In this document: positions 49,997 through 61,882 of the stretch, one piece after another | Layout: each line of letters opens with the position of its first letter | Position numbering within the stretch: the first letter of the stretch is position 1 | DNA from: Selaginella moellendorffii | Lineage: Eukaryota; Plantae; Lycopodiophyta | Assembly: GCF_000143415.4 (NCBI RefSeq) | Contig: NW_003314323.1 | Coordinates: 872,499-936,498, forward strand | DNA: 64,000 bases | Direction of reading: 5' to 3' | Program-made: the position numbers and the translations under genes | Notes under the pieces: model-generated | What the model was told of the DNA's origin: nothing | What the model saw: only the letters and a program-made list of their open reading frames with translations | The model's database searches: none

Positions 49997-51667
49997 ATGG
50001 GAGCGATCGTCAGGGCGAGGCGCTGCGTAGATCATCGAGCCGCCGGTATTTCCCTCTGATAATTCCAGGATAGTCTAACTCCGGGTGTTCTTCTCTTCTA
50101 GCGTCGGCAGCGCTGGCCGGGATTGTGGTCTTGTACATCAATTTCGCGCATTCCACGCATTTTGTGCCGAGCTTGGAGCGTGCCCTCTCCTCGGCGGAAG
50201 ATCTAAAGCTGTGGCTTCGCAGTGAGAAGTACGATTTCTTTAGCTCTTTTCTATGGTTCCTGGAAGTTTTCTTTTTCTTTTTTTTGATCCAGCACGAAAA
50301 TGAGTAGATTGCTGTCTGGGAGAATCGGCATTGTCAAGGAGGAGTTTTTATTCGAGAAAGGTCTTGCACCGTTCAACAGCTGCCATGCATCGACGATTGT
50401 CGAGGTAAGTTATACGTCCATTCTCGGAATTAAATGAGGGAACTTCACAGCTTGAGCCCGAGCATTTTATGGTGGCATACTTTGGAGGAACGTATGAAGG
50501 CGACAGTGATGTCGTGATCTGGACACAGCGCTTCAAGGTATAGTTTTGTTTCTCCTTGTTCATGATGTATACATTTTTTTCTTTGGTATTTCAGCATGGT
50601 GTCTGGTCTGATCCTCAAGTAGCTGATTCCGAGTTGGGTGTCCCCATGTGGAATCCCGTTCTGTTTAAAATGCCCAAAGGCGAAGTGTTGCTGTTTTACA
50701 AAATTGGTCCAGAAGTTCAGAAGTACGCATCATCTCTTTGAACCGCTTTAGCTGATTTCCGTTCGTGGTGTTTTGCAGATGGAGCGGGTTTATGAAGAGA
50801 TCATTTGACAACGGAGTAACCTGGTCTGCGAGGCAAGCTCTTCCTCCTGGAATTCTTGGTCCTATAAAGAACAAGGTAAAACAGGATCTCTGTGTTTTCA
50901 ATCTTCAACATGGTTTGCTTTTCTTCTTCGTTTACAGCCTTTACTCCTGAGAGATGGAAGACTTCTTTGTGGATCGTCTGTTGAAAGCTGGGATGCATGG
51001 GGTGCGTGGATGGAGGTAAGCACTTTCTTCTGCTTGTTCTGTCTTTGCGATTGCAAACACAGTACTGCAGGTTACCGAAGATTCAGGCTATACGTGGAGA
51101 AAGCATGGTCCGATTTACGTCCAACATACTCCAATGGGTGTCATTCAACCTGTTCCATATCTCACAGACAATGGCACAATCCGAGTGCTTCTAAGAGCAA
51201 CACAGGAGATTGGGAAAATATGCATGGCCTCATCGTCCGATGGAGGACGCTCGTGGACCTACGCTACTCCGACTCAGCTCCCAAATCCAAACTGCGGTAA
51301 ACTCGTACGTTTGTTTCTTCACGCCAGTCTCACAAAATCAACGCAGGATTCGATGGCGTTAAGCTGCGCGATGGCACGCTTCTGCTTGTTTACAACACCG
51401 ACTCTCGTGGTATACTCAAGGTGGGGGTCTCTGGCGACGACGGAGACACTTGGACAGAGGAGATTACTCTGGAAGAGCAGGAAGGCGGCGAATTCTCGTA
51501 CGCCGCAGTGATCCAGTCTTTCACCGGTCTCGTTCACGTCACATACACTTATAATCGAGTCCAGATAAAGGTACAACGCTGCTTTCTAGTCATTGGTTTC
51601 TATGAACATTTTCTTCGTACAGCACGTAGTTTTGAGAATCGAGACATTGAGGAAGACAAGAGATTGA
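49997..51667 (+). CDS. BNR/Asp-box repeat (sialidase/neuraminidase-fold) protein, multi-exon
   Basis: Spliced N-terminal TM anchor ([14 protein letters not shown]), [27 protein letters not shown]; Asp boxes [32 protein letters not shown]; EFSYAAVIQ...[13 protein letters not shown]. Confidence 0.9.
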
Positions 51668-52175
51668 GTAAGTTGACGTCCATTTCAGCCATCGTGCCCC
51701 ACTCACATATAGGACACCAACCATTTTCTTTTGGTGGACTCGTGACACTCCAAGATCTTTCCCAAGTCTACAGGTTCGTGTTTCTTATAACTAGATCGTC
51801 TATTCTTTATTTTTCTTTCTCAGGCCAAATGATTCCATCAGTGTTGGTGATTGTTTAATTTATACACATCTAACATGAATTAAGACATAATTAAGAAGAC
51901 AATTCATATAAAATGGTACGAAAGATAGCTTGTTGACAAAATTTTAAAAAATCCCGCGGTTTTTCAATTCAAAAAAACAAAAAAGTAGGAAAGGTGTAAC
52001 ATATATACAAGCGCGGATGGATGGAATCAAAACAAAAAGCTCTTGTTTTGAGCCCCCCTGCCTCGTCTCTTGCTCCAAATCCATAGTCCTTGCTATCACG
52101 AGCAAGTGTAGTAGTAGTAGCGAATGGATCCAATCCATCCAACAGTGATCCAAAACTTTCTCGCGGGATTCATCA

Positions 52176-53282
52176 TCAATCCGAGGCGTTTGGGCCGTGG
52201 CAAGCGCTGAGAACCGGATCCCAGATCCACTGCACCAGGAACCTCCGCCCATTCACCCCATGCATGTTATAATTCACGCCGCTCCGGGCGTCGGTCAGCA
52301 CGGCACCCGCGTAGCCGCCGCCGGCACCGGTTCCGTACATGCCCTCGCACAGGTCCGCGATCTCGGTGGGCGCCGTCGGATCCTCCCCGGCGTACCACGC
52401 GTTGATCAACGGGTTGGATGAGATCTCCGCCAGCTCGTGCGCGACCACGCTCACCATGCCGTCCACCGCGGGGCTGGCGTTGGGCGGCCTCATGGGCGTG
52501 GTGTGCGTCATGTAGGACGGCACCGCGAACGGGTAGGCGCACACCTCGGGGCACTGCTTCTCGGAGTGGCCCACCCACGCGTACGGAAGCGTGTAGCCGA
52601 CGATGGACGGGAAGGAGAAGTAGTGGAAGCCGCATACCGCGCGGCAGAAGTCCTGGACCACGACGTCGCCGGCGGTAAGGATGAGGTATATTCCGCGGCG
52701 CGGGTTGACGGGCAGCGTACCGTTGTTCTCGGCCAGCGCACCCTTGAGGACCTCCTGCATGGTGAGCCGCGTGAGGCTGTGGCCGTGGGAGTAGTCGACG
52801 TTGTGCTCGCCCGCCACCACCAGCTGGCTGGTGATGTTCTGGAGCGTTTGATCCGTGTAGAGGCGGACGGTGCTCCACCAGCGCTGGACGGATGGCTGCG
52901 GCACCGCGGCGGATTGCGGGGATGAGACCGAGGCCAGGAAGTCGCGGATGATGGATTTGTCCGAGGATTTCCAGCGGCCATACCAGACGATGTAGATGTG
53001 CATTTGCTGGGAGAGCACTGGCCCCATATGGTAGCGCATCTTGACGTACTCGGAGGAGCCCTCGAACGCCTTGGAAGCCCCAAATATGCCGCCGCCGCCG
53101 CCTTGGATCTTGGAGATTATCGCTTCCTTGTCCTTCCAGTAGGGGCGGAAGGGCTTGTATCGCGCCGCTGGAAGATCCAATGGAGCTGCATTGGATAGAG
53201 AAGAGGGGGATGAGGAGAGCAGCGATCTTGCCGCTGCTTGAGAGAGGAGAAGAGCGTAGAGGATGAGCATTGCCAGCGCCAT
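52176..53282 (-). CDS. EXORDIUM-like / Phosphate-induced-1 secreted protein
   Basis: Signal peptide, MRYHMGPVL, FCRAVCGFH, QCPEVCAYPFAVP, AHELAEISSNPLINAWY, EIADLCEGMYG, FLVQWIWDP; intronless. Confidence 0.96.
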   Translation of the reverse strand: MALAMLILYALLLSQAAARSLLSSSPSSLSNAAPLDLPAARYKPFRPYWKDKEAIISKIQGGGGGIFGASKAFEGSSEYVKMRYHMGPVLSQQMHIYIVWYGRWKSSDKSIIRDFLASVSSPQSAAVPQPSVQRWWSTVRLYTDQTLQNITSQLVVAGEHNVDYSHGHSLTRLTMQEVLKGALAENNGTLPVNPRRGIYLILTAGDVVVQDFCRAVCGFHYFSFPSIVGYTLPYAWVGHSEKQCPEVCAYPFAVPSYMTHTTPMRPPNASPAVDGMVSVVAHELAEISSNPLINAWYAGEDPTAPTEIADLCEGMYGTGAGGGYAGAVLTDARSGVNYNMHGVNGRRFLVQWIWDPVLSACHGPNASD

Positions 53283-56049
53283 AATCTTGATTCGCAGCTC
53301 GCAATGCCGATCTTTCTATCTCTATCCCGATCGATCGATCGATCCAACTAGCTATCTCAAATATCGATGGATCTATTTTCAATCGCTAGCTAGATAAATA
53401 GGAAAGGGAGAAGCTCAATGACGGCATCTTACATAGGCCCTCTTTCGTTTATATATTCTTCGATGGAGGGCTCTTGTGTAAGTAGTCACGCTCAAGTGAA
53501 AGCCTTGAAAGGTCATTACACATTTCCACCTGTATTACAACTGGCGCTAGCCGAGCGCAGACACATGGCACGCGCTGGGTGGACGACGTACAAAGCTAGC
53601 CGAGTGGAGGCCCATGCCATGCCAGGGCTAGAGAATTTACAGTCATACCAGTCCACGCTAGTCAACTCAGTCTACTCGTGTTCATAAATACTGGTTCAGG
53701 TAACTTTGGTCCAATAGTAAATGGAACACTGGTCAATAGTGGTCCACGGTAGTCCATCTGTAAAGAATCCAGACATTAAATCCATTCTAACAATGGATGC
53801 CAATTTTTAATGTTGCATTTTATGCATTTTTGGAGGAGAGTATTTATCAATATATGTATATATATGTGTGTGTATTTAGACATAAGTTAGTGTTCACTGT
53901 ATAATGGTACATTTGGAATTTCTTATATAAACTCCTAAATTTAAACTTCTTAAAAAGATAGTCATTCAACCTAATACTATTTAAATTCAAGTACATTTAA
54001 CCAAAGGAATGCACTTTTATTCATAGGCTTTTTCCTTTTATTATCTCTCAAATTATTTATTTATTGTTGCTTATATTCAAATAATTATTAGTTTGAGTAA
54101 AGCATCTACATATGCTTTGTTCAATGGGGGTAATGTAATAATAAACCCTACCAAATCTCATCCAATGCATTCACATTCAAAAAACACAATGAAAAGGTTT
54201 TGGACATGATGCAAGCATGGAGCATTTATCTTTCTAAGCCTTATATATTTGTAACAATCCTTCCTTTTTCTATGTCATTCTTCTCATTTCAATTTAGTAC
54301 TTTATTTGGATAAGAAACACCACTCCCACTCTTATGCAAGGTTTGGTCTTGTCTAGGATTTTGTTTACTTATTAGGTGCTTCATGTAAGCAAATTGTCCA
54401 CCTACTATCATACATTTATTTATATCTAGGATGGTACATATTCACTAGCAACAACTCTCTACCATTATAAGTATTTGGTTTGTTCTTGGTTTGTCTAATA
54501 AGCTTACTTTTTGTGCAATATGGAGGGCCCATAGCTACTGCTTGTGACACTGCAGCAATTTCCTTCAAAAGCCACTATCATACAAGTGGTTATAAACTTT
54601 ACCTCTAATGACTCAATTCTGTGAGTCAAGAGCTAGGTCAAGTTCCAAAATATAACAAGCTAGAATTGCAGAGGCAAGTTTCACTTGGGACAACAAGAAT
54701 AGTACCTTGTTGTGGATGAAAATGAAAGGTAATTCATCCCATTCTTCTGTCATTAACTAGAAATGTTGTCTTCAGGTGGTACATGTTGTAGGATTTTTGG
54801 AAAGATGTTCCTTATTTAAGTTTGAGGGGGTTTTGGCATGGCTAAATATTCACTACTCACAACTTTGTGACTAGTGAACATAGTACATTTACAATTGGAA
54901 AATCCTCCTAGAACAGTCAAATTTCTGCCACTACATAAACAGGCAATACTTTTATCAACTACAATTCATAGTATCTTTTCAAAAACACTACAATCTCTTC
55001 AATAAAGTACTGATAGAGTTTGATTGAACAATGATTTTCTAAAGTATTATACATAAGATACCCCAAGTATAAACAAACTTTATATTAATATATTTTTAGA
55101 AGTATATTGATTTTTATTATATTTTATTTTCTGGAATATAGTTTTTTATTATTTATTTCAATTATGATATAGTATTTGTTATCTATATAGTATATGAGAT
55201 AGTTTTTTTAAAAAAAATTATAGTTTAATTCCATATATGGTAAATGTCATTGATATAAAAAAATAACAACTTTGCCAGAACTATAGCCCATCTTTATTAA
55301 AAAAGAATTTAGACTTCATTAAATATAATTTAGAAAAGGTAGCACTGCTGAAAATCTAATAATTGATTTCACAAGCCAACACTTGTTTGTAGGTAGGGCA
55401 TCTTAACTTTTCACTTGCTGCTTGGCTATAGCAACTCTCTGAGGTTCTTTTGAAGAAGTAATATAGTCTAGGGAGACTAAATTTTTATCTTTTCACACTG
55501 AATCATAACATTCTCATAGTCAATAGATCTTAGTTGGCAACAATGGCCATAGCAATGTGTTCTACACGCCTCCAACACGATCCCCATCCTTAGAACGCCA
55601 GTGTTAAGGCACTGTCATAAGGCAACGGTATTCACCTTGTTTGCTTCGTGTTTGTTTGCCTGTGCTTGCCGGATTTCTCGAGCTCGACCAGGCTGCCGAG
55701 GCTCGTTTGATCCGGACTACGCCCATGCACTCGCGGTATCTCCTGATCACTCGTAGAAGCGGTTGGAAGCCTTAGGTTTGCTGCGCCCGATAGCAGCAGA
55801 ACCGAATGGTGGCAAATGAACGAAGTAGGTTGTGTGGTGGCCTCGGGTGTTGGATCGCCATGGAACCATTCAGGTTTGAGTCTTTCTTGATAAGCCGACT
55901 GATCATGTGAGGTTTCTTACAATTGTCATTGTCTTCTACAGGGCCAAACGACTTTGTTTGACGATGAAACTACTGAGTTCTCTGAGAGACGTTTCTCTTG
56001 AGTTTAGAGCCTTTAAAAGGAAAAATTCTTGTGATAGATTTTCAGCAAC

Positions 56050-56725
56050 ACGAATATGTCGATTCCTGAAACACATGCGGAATACAAAGAGCTCCTTCTC
56101 TTCTTGCTCTTGGGCAATGGCATCGCTAAAATTGTTTAGGGTTCTTCGAGCAATGCAGAGCTTTCTAGCATTTGCCCCCGCAAAGATCCAGCCGCCAGAT
56201 TTCTCTCGAAATCAGGTAAGCGAGCTTCCGCAAGAGGATTCCAATAATTTCTTCCCAGTATCGATCTAGTGACGTTTTTGTCAGAAACACGTTGGTGGAT
56301 ATGTACACTAAGATGTTTGCAGAGCTTTTGAGAAGATCATGGCTCCAAACACGGTCTCCTGGAACGCTCTAGCGCTGGGATATGCAACGAACCTCGAAGA
56401 AGTGGCCTTTGAGGTTTTCTCTCGATTTCTCTCGACTCGGCTCCAACCGGATCATTTGTGGCAGTTCTCAAGGCTTGCAGTAGAAAGAAGTGGCTGCTCC
56501 ACTGGATGACAGGCTCGTCAAAGCTTTTTCTTTGGAGAAAGGCATGGCTGTTCATGCCTCGGCGGCGAGAAGAGGACTTGACACCAGCCTGTTCGTGGCC
56601 AGCATGCGTACTCCAACTGTGGGAGCCCAGAGGATCTACGACAAACTGGAGTCATGCAGCGTCGTTCTTTGGCGGTCTTAGCTCTGTAAACAGCTTCCGT
56701 TCCAGATCTTCTTCGCGCGTACTAT
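56050..56725 (+). pseudogene. Degenerate PLS-PPR pseudogene
   Basis: Frameshifted remnants: NTLVDMYTK (about 56285), AFEKIMAPNTVSWNALALGYA (about 56320-56385), FVAVLKACS, LEKGMAVHA. Confidence 0.7.
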
Positions 56726-56749
56726 AAAGAAAATTTTGGTGATTGGCAA

Positions 56750-57860
56750 AGCTCAAGAACATGCCCTGCAATTGCTATACCACTCCCCATATGATGATTA
56801 AGAGAAGATTCTTAACTGCTTTTATAGCTTTACATTATTCTTTTTTTTTCTTCTAGAAAGAGAACCTAAAACTCCACAATGGAAATTATTTGCCCAACCT
56901 ATTGAAAATCACTTAATACCCAAGCACAATGCATCTCTTCACTTGTATTCTTAGCTCCATCATTAGTTTTAGAAGTGAGAGAGTGAAAATTTCAAACATC
57001 TAGTTGGAACTATAGAGGTACCTCTATCATTAAGTACATTATTCTCCTCAAGCTTAGCAAAAGAAATCCCTATAGAATGAACATTTGTTACATAAAAAGC
57101 TAGTCCATCATAAGTAAGCTAAATAGAAAGATAAACCTTCTAAGCCAAGATCTAGGGATGTGGCCATTTAATCCATTGCTCACATTGGTGTAAATTTCTG
57201 AATTTAAATTTTCTGGGATGTCATTTATTATTCAAACATAAGGACTTAACTTTTAAGAAATTTTTAATCAATAGGTGCATTTTTATTTATGGCCCTTTCT
57301 TTTTATATTTGAACCCCATGAATCATTTCTTAAGTGGTTTTTTTTTATTGTTTACAATCCATTATGCTTCTATGAAGTTTACACCCTTGTGAATAGAAAT
57401 TGAGAGTTACAACTCTCCCGAGAGCCCACTCTCTCGACACCCTTGGGTTAAGCCTAATTGAATCAAACTAGACTTACCAAATGTTAATATTAATATGTGG
57501 TGTAATTCTCTTAATTAACTAATAGAGTTGGATCTAAAATCATTCTGATACCAAATGTAAACTTCTAAATTTAAACTTCCCAATATATATTTAAACCCAA
57601 TGATATTTAACTTTAAATATCCCAATACTTTTAACCATTTATTTGTGGGTCATTTCCCTCTATATTAGACTTTATGCATCATTTCTAAAGTTATTCCTTT
57701 TAGTTGCTTAGGAATCTCATTAAATATTTTAAATTTCTTAGCAGCCTTAATATGCTTCAAGTTGAAATCCACCACAACCCTGCTAGAGCACTTGTTATAC
57801 CTCTATGCTCAAAAACATCTAGCCATGGCTGTAGTAGTGCTCAATGGCTTGCTATCAACT
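56750..57860 (-). mobile_element. Probable decayed LTR-retroelement remnant
   Basis: Reverse-strand PBS (TCTGATACCA at 57544-57553) 2 nt from a TGTAA LTR-like edge at 57556, in AT-rich non-coding DNA. Boundaries approximate. Confidence 0.45.
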
Positions 57861-58303
57861 AGCAATTGGCGTCCGAGTTTATCCAAGACAAAGATCACAA
57901 CAAATGTATGCTGGTCAGTTTCTTTCCATTGGTGGAGATGGCAAATGGCATGACAATATCATCCATGGGAAGGTACCGTTTAAATCGTCAAGCGAATGAC
58001 TCGTCCGGCTCGTTTTCGAGATTCTCCCTATCCATCCTTGATCGCGTGATTCTTCCTTCTTTCTAGCCTCCACCGCCATCGACGCGCAACGCCCTCGGCC
58101 CTGGAGCGAACTAGTTTCTGATGTGCCAGCATTCAGGGTGGATATTTGGGCGCGGCCGAGCGACTGTTCTTTGGAGCGCCAGATGGCGGATCTCCAATCC
58201 GAGGAGAGATTCCCTGGACGTGGAAGGAAGAGCATTGAAAGGTGACAGAGATCTAAACAACCTGGAATTTTCTAGCATAGAAAGGTTAGCCTAGGGTATT
58301 AGA

Positions 58304-59702
58304 ATGGGCCTGTGGTTGAAGCATGGCGAGCAGGAGGCGAGACGTTTTGGCCTCGTGGGCGATGGAACCAAGCTGCCGGTAAGGGCTATCGCTGCGTTTT
58401 GGAAGCTGGATCCCGCGACTCTGTGTATTGGCGACGATGTGCTGCTCGCGGATGCAACTGGAACCTCCATCTTCGACGTGGAATCCATCCGGCAGACGGC
58501 AGTCAGGAGTGGCCTGGGCGATGGCAGCTCCAAAGACGCAGCCATGCCCATCACTGGGACGATCATCATCGCTCAAGAAGAAGAAGAAATACAAATACCA
58601 AATTGGGCAGAGATGAGCCGCAAGCGGCTCGAGGCATCGCGGCAGCTGGACGAAGAGTTCCGCCAGGTGTTCTTCAAGGCCGAGGGAGCTATCCACGCTT
58701 ACCACAACCGGGTAAGGGAAGCAGCCGACGATATCCGGGTGCTCGAGGCCGAGGCGAGCAAGTTCATTGGCTGGTTCTATCGCGTGGGTCGCCAGGATGA
58801 CGAGGAGCTCGACGCCACAAACAGGTGTGGAATGGTGACGCTGGTGAGGCCGGATGGAACTTGCGTCACGAGCTACGCTTGCATGAAGAAGAAGGCGGAG
58901 GAGGAATCCGATGGCAAGCGCTACGTTGTGTGCGTGGACGGGAGGCGATACGAGTGCGTAGCAGAGGTGGCGGGCGGAGTGGGAGTTTTAACTCCCGCGC
59001 AAGGATGCTCCCAGAGCTTCTCGGCCTGCGCGGTGGTGGCGCCGGTGCCAGGGCCGTGGGTGACGGTGGTGTCGGCGTCGTGGGACCATGACGGGAACAA
59101 GAAGCCGCTGCTCGTGGCCGGAACATCGGTGGGAGGCGATGGCGGACGATTTGACGATCTCTTGGAGTACGAGACGAGCTGTCAATTCCCTCCTTACCGT
59201 CATATCATGCTGCCATGCGACGGGGCCAGGATCGAGTGTGGAGCGCCAGTGATGACTCCCAGGGGTAGCTTGACGGGCGTGGTGGTGGGATTTGGGAAGC
59301 TCAGGAATGACAAGAGGAGGTCCAAGAGACTGAAGCTGCCATACAAGTTTCCCATCACCAAGGGAGACTTTGGGCCCTTCTTGGAAGGAGTGCCGGAATC
59401 CATCGCCAAAGGTAAACAAGCTTGTTGAGGCATTTGGAGTGATTTTGTTTGTCAGCAGATTGCAGGGCCGGGGTAGAGGTGAATTGCTTGGTGTACTACA
59501 ATACCGTCGAAGGCAAGATTAGCTTCCCAGCAATTGAATGGAGGGTATGTTCCTTCTATTATGATCCTTGTCAGTCAACTTACACACTTACGTGCAGCAC
59601 AAGAACTACTTCAAAGCAGATGGTACAATTGTTCGGTTAAGCTGCGTGGAACCCCGTGATCGAATCCTTCGCCCTCGCGGGATTGGTAGACGCGCTCAAT
59701 AG
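58304..59702 (+). CDS. Uncharacterised protein, possible trypsin/3C-like protease fold in the C-terminal half
   Basis: 374-codon GC-rich ORF; likely introns 59411-59457 and 59545-59597 extend it to about 59702. Motif resemblances are given in the findings. Confidence 0.7.
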
Positions 59703-59932
59703 GGATCAAGCCCGATGGATCCACGCTTTGGGACTCAATTCTTCCTGGAAAGAACACTATAGCTGCCTGGCGGGAGAATGTGGTGCCCTAATTTAGGTTT
59801 TTAAAAGTAAAAAAACGACTGCATTTTAGGGTTCCTTGGCCTCACTGAAGCAGCCTCGCCGCCGCCACCGGCGAGGCTGTTCAAACCGAGGCCAAAATCC
59901 AACCACGGGTCCGCAAAAGCAAGCGCGTCAGA

Positions 59933-61876
59933 TCACACTGGTGCAGCTCTCATTGCAGATCCAACACGCTCATCACAGCCGAAGAGATTCGAGAGAAGAA
60001 CATAAGGCACAGAGGAGGCAGCAAAATCATCATCCTGACCCGCGATCCCTGCGATCCTGGCAGCCGTGCTCCGATCGCTGTGAACCCCACAAGCGCCCAG
60101 GATGCTGGAGCACGCAATATCGTCCGGCTCAAACGGCATGCTGTGGAGGAGCTCCTCCGCGCGGCAAAGCTGCCCGGCTCGTCCCAGCGCATCCATCACA
60201 CACATGTAGTGGTAGTGCGCCGGCTCCACTCCAAAATCGCCGACCATGATCGCGAAGTTCTCGCACGCCCGCCGCAAATCCCCGACGTGGCCGCACGCCG
60301 AGAGCACGCTCACGTAAGTGATCTCGTTTGGAGCGAACCCCTCCACCACCATCTGCTTGAGCAACTCCAGCGCTCGCAAGGGATGCCCGTTCTGCGCATA
60401 CGTCGTGATCATCGCGGTCCACGACGTGGTGCTGCGCTCCCGGAGATTTGCGAAGACTTCCCAGGCCTCCGCGACGCAGCCACACTTGCCGTGGAGATTG
60501 AGCAGCGCGTTCGCAACCACGGTATCCATCCTATCGCCATAGCCGGCGATCTCGGAGTAGACCATCTTTCCCTCAGCCAGAGCCGCAACGTCGGAACAAG
60601 CCTCGATCACGCAGACGAGCGTCACTCGGTTGGGCTGGACGCCTTCCACATCCATCCTTCGCAGCATTTGGAGCGCCTCTCGGGGATAGCCCGCTTGGGC
60701 ATAGCCGGTGATCATCGTCGTCCAGGAAACAACGTTCTTGCTCGGTGCTTCCTCGAAGAGCTCTCTTGCCTGGGTGATATACCCGTTTTGGGCATACGCC
60801 GTGATCATGGTCGTCCACAGCACCACGTCCCTGCTGCTCGATCCGTTGAAGAGCTCCTGGGCCTCGCCGGGGAGTCCACACCGACCATACGCGTTGGTGA
60901 GAGCTGTGACCACTCGTAAGTCGTCCAAGAGGTTGCTGGATTCGGAGATGAGTGAGTGTAGGCGTCGGGCTCGGCTTGCTGTCGTGCACGCTTCCAAGAC
61001 GCTGGCGATGGTGACGGAGCTCGGCTTCACGCCACCGTCGAGGAGCATGGCGTGGAAGAACCGGAGAGCCTCCGCGGAATGCCCGTTCTGGGCATAGCCG
61101 GCCACCATGGCATTCCACGACACCAAGCTTCTCTCCTCCATCTCGTCGAAAACTCTTCTTGCTTCGTCGACATGGCCGTTCTGGGCATACCCGCTCAGCA
61201 TCGCGTTTCTCACTTCCACGACCTTGGCTTCGTCTGGGATCTCGCGATAAACCTCCACGGCAAGCTCCAAACTCCCACACTTAGCGTACATGTTTACCAG
61301 CGCTGTCTGGATCTTCACTTCTGCCGCAAGCCCAAGCCTCGCGATCTTGTCGTGAATTCTCCTCCCTGTCTCCAGCAACCCGGGAGCCGAGCAAGCTTCC
61401 AAAGCTGCCAGGAACGTCACCCCAGTCGGCCTGATACCACTATCCAGGAACCTCTCAAAGAGTTCCACTGTCACGTCGCTATATCCCTGTTGAGCATACC
61501 CTGTCATGACCGTGTTCCAAGTTACTACGTTCCTGGCCGGCGCTGCTTCGAAGATTTGCCTTGCCTCGGCCATATGCCCAGCCTGGGCATACGCCGCTAC
61601 TAAAATGTTCCATGAGTAAACGTTCGTCTCCTCGATCCGATCAAACGCTGCTTGGGCATCGGAGACGCTGCCACAGCTACCATACATGTTGACGAGGAGA
61701 TTTCCAAGGTAAGTGCTGGTATCGGCCTCGAAAGTTCCTAAGTGAGCGTGGAGTTGCTTGCCTCTGGCTAAGTTCTTGCAAGATCTTAGGAGTGACGCGT
61801 AGTTTTCGATGTCTGGAAGATCCCGCGAGGCGGAGCTGATGGATCTTAGCACAGAGTGGCAGTGACGAGCGAGCAT
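59933..61876 (-). CDS. PLS-class PPR protein with E domain
   Basis: 647-aa intronless ORF; NLLVNMYGSCG, VSWN/GYAQNGH repeats, MPFEPDDIACSSILGAC...YVLLSN. Confidence 0.96.
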   Translation of the reverse strand: MLARHCHSVLRSISSASRDLPDIENYASLLRSCKNLARGKQLHAHLGTFEADTSTYLGNLLVNMYGSCGSVSDAQAAFDRIEETNVYSWNILVAAYAQAGHMAEARQIFEAAPARNVVTWNTVMTGYAQQGYSDVTVELFERFLDSGIRPTGVTFLAALEACSAPGLLETGRRIHDKIARLGLAAEVKIQTALVNMYAKCGSLELAVEVYREIPDEAKVVEVRNAMLSGYAQNGHVDEARRVFDEMEERSLVSWNAMVAGYAQNGHSAEALRFFHAMLLDGGVKPSSVTIASVLEACTTASRARRLHSLISESSNLLDDLRVVTALTNAYGRCGLPGEAQELFNGSSSRDVVLWTTMITAYAQNGYITQARELFEEAPSKNVVSWTTMITGYAQAGYPREALQMLRRMDVEGVQPNRVTLVCVIEACSDVAALAEGKMVYSEIAGYGDRMDTVVANALLNLHGKCGCVAEAWEVFANLRERSTTSWTAMITTYAQNGHPLRALELLKQMVVEGFAPNEITYVSVLSACGHVGDLRRACENFAIMVGDFGVEPAHYHYMCVMDALGRAGQLCRAEELLHSMPFEPDDIACSSILGACGVHSDRSTAARIAGIAGQDDDFAASSVPYVLLSNLFGCDERVGSAMRAAPV

Positions 61877-61882
61877 CTGTCC

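Noticed and set aside
52267-53382. 371-aa alternative-frame ORF over EXORDIUM-like, and antisense ORFs over the PPR, CSLD and LESV genes
   Set aside because: Expected shadow ORFs in GC3-rich coding DNA; low-complexity Arg/Pro/Gly products without motifs.
53700-55600. AT-rich block as a defined transposon
   Set aside because: No terminal repeats, TSD or coding remnants could be identified by eye.
57860-58250. Exon-like segments upstream of the orphan gene
   Set aside because: No start codon or family could be assigned; possibly a truncated gene end, but unsupported.
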